A DNA stretch of 64,000 bases from an uncultured Bacteroidota bacterium (GTDB lineage: Bacteria > Bacteroidota > Bacteroidia > Bacteroidales > VadinHA17), in assembly GCA_903844815.1 (NCBI GenBank), contig CAIMVD010000101.1:4220-68219 (forward strand), read 5' to 3'. Position numbers and translations under genes: made by a program. The notes under the pieces are model-generated. The model ran no database searches. It saw nothing but the letters and a program-made list of their open reading frames with translations, and was not told where the DNA came from. Below are positions 16,611 through 25,900 of this stretch, in pieces (position 1 is the stretch's first letter; every line of letters starts with the position of its first letter).

Positions 16611-18220
16611 TCCTCTTCAATTTCAGATAATTGCTTCGACATCTCAAATTCAGCTGCACCCTTTTTTGCAGGTATCTTGCTCATACAATATTCAGCCATG
16701 GCCGTAATTGTAAAGCTGGGGTTAACTCCTATATTACCCTGAACAACGGATCCTCCCGTAATATAAAAATCCGGGTACCCGTGAACCTTAAGATCCTGGT
16801 CCACAACACCACCTGCTACATTTTCCGACATCGGGCATCCTCCAAGTATGTGAGCGGTTGTCGGCCTGTCGAAGAACACTTCAAGAAGGATATTCTGCGG
16901 CTCTCCTGACGCTTTCTTTGCGTATCTCTCCATCACTTCCTGTCCTATAGGAAAGAATGCAGGAACCTTGTCCTGTCCGGTGTTGTCTATCTTCATCTTT
17001 CCTCCGAAAACACCCTTCTTCCAGATCATCTTCATGGCATTGTCGGAAGTCTGCATTATCAGGAAAATAACTGCGCCGGTCGACCATTTAGTGTTTAAGA
17101 TCATTTTTAAAAACTTCCGGGGCTGTAAAAGTGACCTTACAAAAAGCATCCTTGTTCTTTTAAGGGAGGTCTCGGCTCCTCCAACCGCCAGCCCGAAAAA
17201 CCATTTCATGGCATTGGACTTATCAGGATACTTAACTATTTCAGCATGGGTAAAAGCATCGGGACTGAAAACAGAAGTAATAGCCAGTCCATTGTTTAGC
17301 TTTTCTTTTACCCCTGAAACAGCACAAAGAGTCTCGGAATTTGTTCTCAACTGTGACCCCAGCAAGTCAGATAACCCTTTTAGAGTACTGTATTTGTATT
17401 TTTGTTTAAGAAGGAGTTCCAGAGTGCCCAGTGCCCCGGCGGCAACGACAATCCCTTTTGATCTGAAAACTTTTTTTCTCTTCCTTAAAAATGAAGTTAT
17501 CGAAAATGTTTCAACGGTGTAGACATTACCGTCGAAGGTAATTTTTTCAGCTTTTGTTTCGGGAAGTATCACAGCTCCAAATTTTTCAGCAAACCAGAGG
17601 TAATTCCTGTCGAGGGTGTTTTTTGCATTTTCCCTGCATCCCACCATGCATCCGCCACATTCGATGCACCCCTTCCTCATCGGGCCAAGGCCTTTGAAGT
17701 ATGGGTCGCTTTCTTCCTCTGATCCGTCAATATTAACAGCTACCTGAACAGTTTCAAAAGTATGATGAGCGTTCATATCTTTTGACACTTCCTCAAGCAA
17801 TAGGTCCTCTGTATTCAGTTTTGAGTATTTCTTTCTCCCAAGCATGAAAGAGGCCCTGTCGAAAAAAGGCCCGAGAATCTTTTTCCAGTCGCCGAAACGG
17901 CTCCATGAATTATTAACAAAAAACTCATCCGGGGGCAAATATAGAGTATTGGCATAGACAAGACTGCCACCTCCAACTCCCGTTCCTGAAAGAATGCTTG
18001 CAGTTGAATAAAATGAGAGTTTCTGAAACCCAAAAAACCGTAATGCCGGCACCCAAAGGTATTTTGAAAGCCGCCAGTTCGATTTCGGAAAATCGGATGG
18101 ATTAAATCTTTTTCCCTGCTCAAGCGTAAGAACCTTATAGCCCTTTTCCGCAAGACGGAGACTAGCCACGCTTCCTCCGAAGCCCGACCCGATAACTATA
18201 TAATCATAATCGTAATCCAT
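16586..18220 (-). CDS. GMC oxidoreductase, cholesterol-oxidase (ChoD)-like
   Basis: GSGFGG FAD-binding motif, GVGGGSLVYAN, CIECGGCMVGC, TAHILGG and GVNPS. Confidence 0.85.
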   Translation of the reverse strand: MDYDYDYIVIGSGFGGSVASLRLAEKGYKVLTLEQGKRFNPSDFPKSNWRLSKYLWVPALRFFGFQKLSFYSTASILSGTGVGGGSLVYANTLYLPPDEFFVNNSWSRFGDWKKILGPFFDRASFMLGRKKYSKLNTEDLLLEEVSKDMNAHHTFETVQVAVNIDGSEEESDPYFKGLGPMRKGCIECGGCMVGCRENAKNTLDRNYLWFAEKFGAVILPETKAEKITFDGNVYTVETFSITSFLRKRKKVFRSKGIVVAAGALGTLELLLKQKYKYSTLKGLSDLLGSQLRTNSETLCAVSGVKEKLNNGLAITSVFSPDAFTHAEIVKYPDKSNAMKWFFGLAVGGAETSLKRTRMLFVRSLLQPRKFLKMILNTKWSTGAVIFLIMQTSDNAMKMIWKKGVFGGKMKIDNTGQDKVPAFFPIGQEVMERYAKKASGEPQNILLEVFFDRPTTAHILGGCPMSENVAGGVVDQDLKVHGYPDFYITGGSVVQGNIGVNPSFTITAMAEYCMSKIPAKKGAAEFEMSKQLSEIEEEWKEKILA

Positions 18221-18345
18221 AAACAGCTGATAAAATGGAACCCCCGGTAAATATAGAAAGTCTATTGAATCAAAATGAAAAAGGTGATAAAGAAATAGAA
18301 ATAATTATCTTTACGAAACACCTCTCATCAAAACATAACTTTTCC

Positions 18346-19218
18346 ATGAAAACAATAGAAACTCTCTTTTCAATTGTCCTGATAGTTTTTCTTTCAACCC
18401 GGCTTTCAGGACAAAATAATCAGACTAATCCAAAAAGTGCTTCTGCAATTATTGAAAACATCATCCTTCATACCGGTGCCCCGAAGATACCGAATACAGT
18501 TGATGTGATAAAGGAAGGCAACCCGTCGACAAATGTGACAGGTATCGTAACATGCATGTTTGCCACAATGGACGTGATGAAACAGGCAATCGAGAAGAAA
18601 TGCAACCTGATAATTGTGCACGAACCTCTTTTTTATAATCACCTTGATGAGACAAAAGATTTCCAAAATGACCCGGTCTTTCTGGAAAAGAAAAAGTTCA
18701 TTGACGACAATCATCTGATAATATGGAGGTTTCACGATTACATTCATAGCATAAATCCGGATGGCATTGAAACAGGCATGGTTGAAAAGCTGGGCTGGGG
18801 CAAATATGCTGTAAAAGGCAGCACTGAACATTTTATTCTTCCCGAAACAACACTTAATGAACTTCTTGCATATTTAAAGGGAATATTCGGAAACAACGCA
18901 TTCTATGTTATTGGCAAACCCGGGATGAAGCTAACCTCCGTAGCTCTTGCAGTTGGCGCTCCGGGGAGCATGAAGCACATCAGAATGCTGGAGGACAAAA
19001 ATACTGATGTCCTCATAGCCGGCGAATCTTCGCAGTGGGAGACATATGAATATATGCGAGATGCTGTTGATCAGGGAAGGAAAAAAGCAGTTATCTTTCT
19101 TGGCCATATCCCCTCGGAAGAGGCAGGTATGAATTATTGCGCAGTATGGCTTAAGGGCTTTATCAAGGATATCCCGATTACGTTTATCTCTGGTGGCCCC
19201 TCCTTCTGGTCATATTGA
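18346..19218 (+). CDS. Nif3/DUF34 dinuclear-metal protein with apparent signal peptide
   Basis: HEPLFY, RFHDYIH, GE…WE and LGHIPSEEAG motifs. Likely start MKTIETLFSIVLIVFL at 18346. Confidence 0.85.
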   Translation: MKTIETLFSIVLIVFLSTRLSGQNNQTNPKSASAIIENIILHTGAPKIPNTVDVIKEGNPSTNVTGIVTCMFATMDVMKQAIEKKCNLIIVHEPLFYNHLDETKDFQNDPVFLEKKKFIDDNHLIIWRFHDYIHSINPDGIETGMVEKLGWGKYAVKGSTEHFILPETTLNELLAYLKGIFGNNAFYVIGKPGMKLTSVALAVGAPGSMKHIRMLEDKNTDVLIAGESSQWETYEYMRDAVDQGRKKAVIFLGHIPSEEAGMNYCAVWLKGFIKDIPITFISGGPSFWSY

Positions 19219-19297
19219 TTTATAGCAGATAAGCTTATGGAAATCTATTGAATCCCATAACCGGTTCTCATCCCGGTTATTTCAAGGAAAATTCTTT

Positions 19298-19305
19298 TAC
19301 CTTTG
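19298..19305 (+). promoter_or_regulatory. Bacteroidota -7 promoter element
   Basis: TACCTTTG, 20 nt upstream of the HAD gene. Confidence 0.55.
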
Positions 19306-19325
19306 TGCCCTCAAACATTTAAAAT

Positions 19326-19925
19326 ATGCAATACGACATAAAAGAGGGTATCAAAGGACTTATTTTCGATCTCGACGGGACCCTTGCCGACACCATGCCA
19401 TACCATTTCAAGGGATGGAGAATTGCCTGCCTTAAATACGGAGCCGATCTTGACACCTCATTCCTGAGGAAGCACACCGGGTCACCCGGATGGATGATAG
19501 CCGATGAAATAATCTCGATCTGCGGCTTTGAGGGTAAGGTAACCAGGGAACAGATACTGAAGGAGAAACTTTCCGAGTTCTTTAAAGACCAGCACCTGGT
19601 AAAACCGATCAACCAGGTTGCCGATATAGCAAAAAAATACCACGGGATACTTCCGATGGCTGTTGGTACAGGCGGACACAGGGAAGCCGTTGAAAGGACG
19701 CTTGAAATTACAGGTCTTAGAAAATACTTCGATATAATTATTACAGCAAATGATGTTGAGAACTTCAAACCTCATCCTGAAACCTTTCTGAAGTGCTCGG
19801 AACAGATGAATGTCGATCCGCAGTTCATAGAGGTTTTTGAGGATGGTGATTTGGGTATTGAAGCTGCTATCACTGCGGGAATGCAGGCAACTGATGTAAG
19901 AACCTGGTACGATTCCAATTGGTAA
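19326..19925 (+). CDS. HAD-family phosphatase (YqaB / beta-PGM-like)
   Basis: FDLDGTLADT, KPHPETF and FEDGDLG. Confidence 0.92.
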   Translation: MQYDIKEGIKGLIFDLDGTLADTMPYHFKGWRIACLKYGADLDTSFLRKHTGSPGWMIADEIISICGFEGKVTREQILKEKLSEFFKDQHLVKPINQVADIAKKYHGILPMAVGTGGHREAVERTLEITGLRKYFDIIITANDVENFKPHPETFLKCSEQMNVDPQFIEVFEDGDLGIEAAITAGMQATDVRTWYDSNW

Positions 19926-20232
19926 AACTTTCTTATTAAACAGCAAGTTAAACTCAGAGTCTTTTCCTGATATCCCTTAGAGTATTCCATTTGCTGTATG
20001 CTGCCTGAAAGCCACAGGAGGCTAATTCTATTTCCTTGTGCCAGGACAAAAATCATTAAAGTAGAAAATACATGTTTTGTTTAATATTTAAACCATAATG
20101 CATAAACACATAAATTATTCACACACCAGGGACATAGAAATTTTATGCAATCTTATGAGAAATAAGAAAAATAAATAAATTTGTCTGAAGTTAAATGTTC
20201 AAAAGCAAAGGCCGTAAATCCGGCGCTTGGTA

Positions 20233-20604
20233 ATGTGCATTTTTACTGAATCAAGGGAATTAAGGGGAATCTTTTCAAACAAATATATTTTGGGAAATCA
20301 TGATTGGGATGATGCATATCTTGATACGATACGCATTAAGACTGAAGCCTTTTCGGAAATAATAGCCATTATGGGGACTGATGGTTTTATGAAATACATT
20401 GTCGATAAAGCAGGAAATCCGACAGGATTTCGGGGAACTGATACGGATTTCACTGAACTTAACATAAGCGAGGATAAATTGTTAAACGCGATTGAAGCAG
20501 ACAACAAAAAACTGGCCGGTCAACTGATGGTCCATGCCAATAATTTCAACCATAAATACCTGATGAAAATGTTTAAAAAAGAAATGGCAAATAATGGAGA
20601 ATGA
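20233..20604 (+). CDS. Hypothetical protein; start uncertain, possibly frameshifted
   Basis: An ORF of about 123 aa overlapping the next start by 11 nt, which suggests coupling. No family recognised. Confidence 0.5.
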   Translation: MCIFTESRELRGIFSNKYILGNHDWDDAYLDTIRIKTEAFSEIIAIMGTDGFMKYIVDKAGNPTGFRGTDTDFTELNISEDKLLNAIEADNKKLAGQLMVHANNFNHKYLMKMFKKEMANNGE

Positions 20605-21724
20605 CAACATACCAGCGCAGGATATACCAATTATTCTGGTAGTTGATGATGTAGTTGAAAACCTTAAGTTGCTGGGGAACATCTTAACCAATGAAGGATT
20701 TAAAGTCCGTCAGGTAACAAGTGGTTCACAGGCACTGATTGTTGCTGCAAAAGAGTTACCCTCACTGATTCTCCTTGATATTATGATGCCTGAAATGGAT
20801 GGAATTGAAGTCTGTTGCAGGTTAAAAGAAAATGTAATTTTAAAAGACATCCCTGTAATATTTATAAGCGCTCTTAACGAGACGAAGTCAATTGTAAAAG
20901 CTTTAAACAGCGGAGGAGCAGATTATGTCAATAAGCCATTTCAGTCTGAAGAGGTAATTGCAAGAGTGAATACGCAACTTAAACTGCGCCGGCAAAGTAT
21001 AGAACTTCAGAAGCTCCTTGCTGCAAAAGATAAATTCTTCGCCATCATTGCCCACGATTTGCGCAGCCCTTTAGGCGGAATGATGACGTTGGCGAAGTTA
21101 TTGCTTGAAAGATCCGGATCTATTTCAAATGACCTGAGAAATGAGGTAATACTGAATCTGCACGATTCATTAAAAAATACTTATGATTTGCTTATTAATC
21201 TGTTCGATTGGTCAAATATGGATAGAGGTCTTGCTGAGTTCAACCCCAAAATTCTGCGTTTAACAGATGCTGTAACCGAATGTAAAAAAACAGTTTCAGA
21301 ATTTGCCCATGAAAAGGACATTCTTATAATCACTGACATAAACGAAGATCAGGAAGTATTTGTTGATTCCAACATGCTTCAGATAGTTATTCGCAACCTT
21401 CTTTCGAATTCAATAAAATTCACAAACCGGGGCGGATCAATTACGATTTCATCCTGCTTTGATCGGAACAATATGACCAGAGTCTCAGTAAAAGACACTG
21501 GTATCGGAATGAATGATGAAATCAGGAACAATCTTTTCCGTATCGGTGAAAACATAAAACGATCGGGCACGGCAGGCGAACTAAGTACCGGACTGGGATT
21601 ACTGCTATGTAAAGAATTTGTTGAAAAGCTAAAGGGGAAGATCTGGGTTGAAAGTGAGGAAGGAATAGGAACTGTTTTTCATTTTACCATCCCTTCCCGG
21701 AGTAATCCGGCTCACTCATTATAG
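20594..21724 (+). CDS. Hybrid response regulator / histidine kinase (REC-HisKA-HATPase)
   Basis: VVDD…LLDIMMP…KPF receiver, IAHDLRSP H-box, RNLLSNSIKF, DTGIGM and GTGLGL-like G2 box. Confidence 0.95.
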   Translation: MENDNIPAQDIPIILVVDDVVENLKLLGNILTNEGFKVRQVTSGSQALIVAAKELPSLILLDIMMPEMDGIEVCCRLKENVILKDIPVIFISALNETKSIVKALNSGGADYVNKPFQSEEVIARVNTQLKLRRQSIELQKLLAAKDKFFAIIAHDLRSPLGGMMTLAKLLLERSGSISNDLRNEVILNLHDSLKNTYDLLINLFDWSNMDRGLAEFNPKILRLTDAVTECKKTVSEFAHEKDILIITDINEDQEVFVDSNMLQIVIRNLLSNSIKFTNRGGSITISSCFDRNNMTRVSVKDTGIGMNDEIRNNLFRIGENIKRSGTAGELSTGLGLLLCKEFVEKLKGKIWVESEEGIGTVFHFTIPSRSNPAHSL

Positions 21725-21736
21725 AGCTATAACCTG

Positions 21737-22921
21737 TCAACAAGCCATCTCACCGGCATTCTTCTTGGCCGACAAAAGATTATATGCGCCTTTGACTACC
21801 ACCTTCGAATTTTCAATTTTAATACCATTGAGAACCTTAATCTGCGTATATTCCTTTCCGGATACTCCCTTCTCAACTTCTATCATCCTGTATTCGGTAA
21901 AAGGTTGCCCTGCCTCCTCCTTATCCTTTTCAAATATAAATATGTATTCTTTATCGTCGAAACTGACTACTGCTTCTGATGGAAGTACTGGTACGCTATC
22001 CGCAGATTCTTCGATAAGGGCATTTACATACATTCCTGGAAGAATATTGGTACAGGAACTTGTAACTTGCCCATATACTGTAAGTGTTTTGTCTCCATTT
22101 ACTGACCTCCCGATATGAGAGATCACAGCATGATGTTCTTCGGTTTCGTTGTTAATAAAAAAACGAATATTCTGTCCTTTCAAAACTTTCCCGGCATCCT
22201 TCTCAAATACTGAAAGGTCAAGAAATAACTGGCTGCTGTTTACAATTTCAAACAGCACGTCGGTAGGCGAAACATATTTACCTATATTAACATTCACTGA
22301 TTTCAGAAAACCGTTAATAGGTGAAACAAGGTTAACAGTGCTGCTAATATTATCCTCCGTAAGCTGAGAAGGGGTTATACCTATCATGATAAGTTTTTGT
22401 TCAAGAGATTTTACATCGGCTTTCAGGTTCCTGTACTCCACGGTAACCTGTTGAAGGTTTTTTTCAGAATATACGTCCTCATTATAAAGATCAGTATGTC
22501 TTTTGAATTCTGCTTCGGCATACGTAAGTTTGTTTCTGGCTTCAAGATAATCGCGCTGGATATCGACAAAATCCTGGTTTTCAACAACAGCAAGGGTCTG
22601 TCCTTTGGATACTGAATTCCCGGGAAAAAGGGAAGTGCTTTTAATAAAGCCTCCCGTCGGCATACTGACAGTCGCCTGGTTTTGAGGCGCGACCGACACA
22701 TAACCGTTTACTTTCAGTATGTTTCCCATGGAACGCGTTTGAACGGATCCCATCTCAACACCTGCAAGTTTAATCTGGTCAGCTCTTAGTTCCACTATCT
22801 CTTCTGGAAGAGTTTCCTTAATGATAGCTTCAGTAGCCTTGACGCTGCCATTTCCGCACGAAACAGTCAGAAAAGCGGAAGCGCATAGGACGAGTGATAT
22901 ATTGACAATTGCTTTATTCAT
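21737..22921 (-). CDS. czcB: Heavy-metal RND periplasmic adaptor (CzcB-like lipoprotein)
   Basis: Lipobox TVSC; membrane-fusion-protein hairpin and lipoyl pattern; immediately downstream of czcA. Confidence 0.9.
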   Translation of the reverse strand: MNKAIVNISLVLCASAFLTVSCGNGSVKATEAIIKETLPEEIVELRADQIKLAGVEMGSVQTRSMGNILKVNGYVSVAPQNQATVSMPTGGFIKSTSLFPGNSVSKGQTLAVVENQDFVDIQRDYLEARNKLTYAEAEFKRHTDLYNEDVYSEKNLQQVTVEYRNLKADVKSLEQKLIMIGITPSQLTEDNISSTVNLVSPINGFLKSVNVNIGKYVSPTDVLFEIVNSSQLFLDLSVFEKDAGKVLKGQNIRFFINNETEEHHAVISHIGRSVNGDKTLTVYGQVTSSCTNILPGMYVNALIEESADSVPVLPSEAVVSFDDKEYIFIFEKDKEEAGQPFTEYRMIEVEKGVSGKEYTQIKVLNGIKIENSKVVVKGAYNLLSAKKNAGEMAC

Positions 22922-22932
22922 GATTATGTATT

Positions 22933-25900
22933 TTAATATATTTTACCTGTGATGTAATCGATTGAAATAATGGTCTGGTTATAATTATTTATGGCATCAA
23001 TATAGCTTTGCCTCACACCGAGAGCTCTGTTAAGGGTAAGAACATACTCGAGGTAATCGAGTGCCCCGGCCTTGTAACTTCTGGCGGCCTGATCGACAAT
23101 TATGTCAGCCTCAGGTACCGCTTGTTTCTCATAAAACCCGACAGTTGAGGTATATTTCGAGAGTTCATCAAGCAGGTTAAGATAGTTGCCTTCGGTTTGC
23201 CGTGCATATTCATCAGCATCGGTCATTGCAACCCTCTCATTTATTTTTGCTGCCTTAGCCCTTGCCATAAATGGGGGAAACCAGATTGGAACTGATATTC
23301 CAGCCTGTAATCCCGAAAAACGATACCCATTACCGAAGCTTTGAGGATTACCGTTTACCTCCTGCGTTCCTATAATTGTTTGTGTAAAATAGCCAAGGCT
23401 AAGGTCAGGAAGCATCTGGCTGCGTTCAAGTTTCTTTTCAATCCTTGAAACCTCTGCTTTTTGCTTCATATAACCAAGCATGGGATTGTTACTGACTACC
23501 ATACTGTCGGATGCAATAACTACTTTTATCCTTTGTAAACTATTTTCGTCGGGTTGCACCAGCATTGAACTTTTAAGCAATATGGCAAGCTTTCTGCTTA
23601 AGATGACAAGGTCAGACGATACCTGGAAAAGCTGGTTGTTTACTTCCAGGCTCTGTGATCTGGCTGTCATCATTTCAAGCTTATTAGTCTCCCCTGAACT
23701 GGCCCTGAGTTCTGCTGCACGTGAAAAACCGGAATAAAGACTATCCTGGTAGACAAGTAATTTTTTCTTTGCAGCAAGGTAGACATATTGCCAGTAGGTC
23801 TGCTTGACCTGGCTGGCAATATCAAGCCTGGTTGCCTCATACTTCCACTCGCTGCTCTTAACATTAGCACTGTTGAGTTTTGATTTGTTAATGTAGACGG
23901 TAGGAAAAGAAAATGACTGGGAGACTGTAAAACTGTTGTCATTATTTAAAGAATTGAACTGGCCGTATTGCCCGTCGATACTTGTTTTTGGAAGATCGAC
24001 TGATGTTCCCTTAAGGGCTTTTACAGCTTCAACCGAATAAGCTGCAGACCTGACTGTCAGGTTACTGTCGAGGGCAGTCTGAATAGCCTCTTTAATTCCG
24101 ATTTTCCGGACATTCTGTCCGTATGCCGGATTTATCATAGTTCCGCCGGTGAGCATCAGAAAAATCAGGATAATGTTACTCCCCTGAGTTCTTTTGACTT
24201 TACGGTTTTTCTTTGTCCCTGAAAAGAAAATATAAAATAACGGAAGTATAAAAAGGGTAAGCAGGGTAGCCGATATAAGCCCGCCTATTACAACAGTGGC
24301 GAGTGGTTTCTGAACTTCTGCACCTGCCGAAGTAGAAAGAGCCATTGGAAGAAAACCCAATGATGCTACAGCAGCAGTCATAATTACCGGCCGCAACCTG
24401 GAATGAAGTCCTTTCATTACCCGTTCGGTTATATCGGAAATACCCTCCTTTTCAAGTCGGTTAAATTCAGCAATCAAAACAATACCGTTTAAGACTGCAA
24501 CCCCGAAAAGTGCAATAAAACCTACTCCCGCTGAGATTGAAAAGTTCATACCTCTTAACCAAAGCGCAAATACTCCTCCTATTGCCGACATGGGAACTGC
24601 AGAGAAGATTAGCATTGTTTCAGTTACAGAATGAAAAGTAAAATATAAAAGCAGGAAAATCAGCAATAATGCGACCGGCACAGCAATGGCAAGCCTTTTC
24701 TGTGCCGCTTCAAGGTTTTTATATTCCCCACCGTAAGTAATATAATACCCCGTTGGCAATTTTATCTTCTCATCAATCTGGGCCGATACATCAGCAATTA
24801 CACTTTTAACATCACGATTCCGGACATTAAATCCTATAGTTATTCTCCGTCGGGTATCTTCACGGGAGACCTGGGCAGGACCCGATTTTATTGATATTAA
24901 TGCCAACTGGTCAAGAGGCACTTGTCGACCACCCGCAATAGTTACAGCCAGATTCCTTATATCATCAAGACTCTGACGGTAATCCTTATCGAGACGAACT
25001 ACAAGTCCGAAACGTTTCTCTCCATCAAAAACTATACCTGCCTGGCTTCCGGCTATTGCGGCTCTCAGGATATTGTTAACATCTTCTACCGAAATGCCAT
25101 ATTGAGCAAGACGGGAACGATCATACTCCACCTGGATCTGAGCGAGTCCTGTAACCTTTTCGACATTTATATCTTCCACTCCCTTAACATTGCTGATTAT
25201 TTTTTCAACTTCAGCAGCTTCAGAAGAGAGAGTTAAAAGATCATCTCCGAATATTTTTATAGCGATATCCTGTTTAGAGCCGGTCATCAGTTCGTTGAAA
25301 CGCATCTGAATCGGTTGTTGAAATTCAAATTTCACTCCCGCTAATACTACCAGTTTCTCTTCCATTTTACTAACCAGTTCCTCTCGCGTCGTTGCAGATA
25401 CCCACTCGCTCTTATCTTTCAGGGTTATTATATAATCCCCTGTTTCCATAGGTGTAGGATCAGTGGGGATCTCACCTGCTCCTATCTTGCAGACGGCATG
25501 TTTTACTTCCGGGAAATTTTCAAGCAAAATCCTGTTAGCCATTATAACTTTATCAACTGTATTCGTCAATGAACCTCCCTGCAGAGTCATAACACCCGAG
25601 GCAAGATCGCCTTCTTCAAGCTGGGGGATAAACTCTCCGCCAAGTCTGGTGAAAAGAAAAATACTGAAAACAAAAAGTGCAAGGGAAGTAATTGTTATCA
25701 AAAGTTTTCTTCTCAGGGCAAATCCAATGAGCGGATTAAATACCTTTATTATACCTTCCATCAGCTTATCTGAAAAATTCGTCCTGTGCTCTGTTTTTTT
25801 GCTCAGGAACAAGGCAGATGCCATAGGTACATAAGTTAGCGAAAGAATTGCTGCGCCTATAAGAGCAAATGTCACAACTTCCGCCATCGGTCTGAACATT

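Noticed and set aside
19772-20056. 94-aa minus-strand ORF overlapping the HAD gene end
   Set aside because: Half of it is antisense to a real gene, with no motif or coding-like composition.
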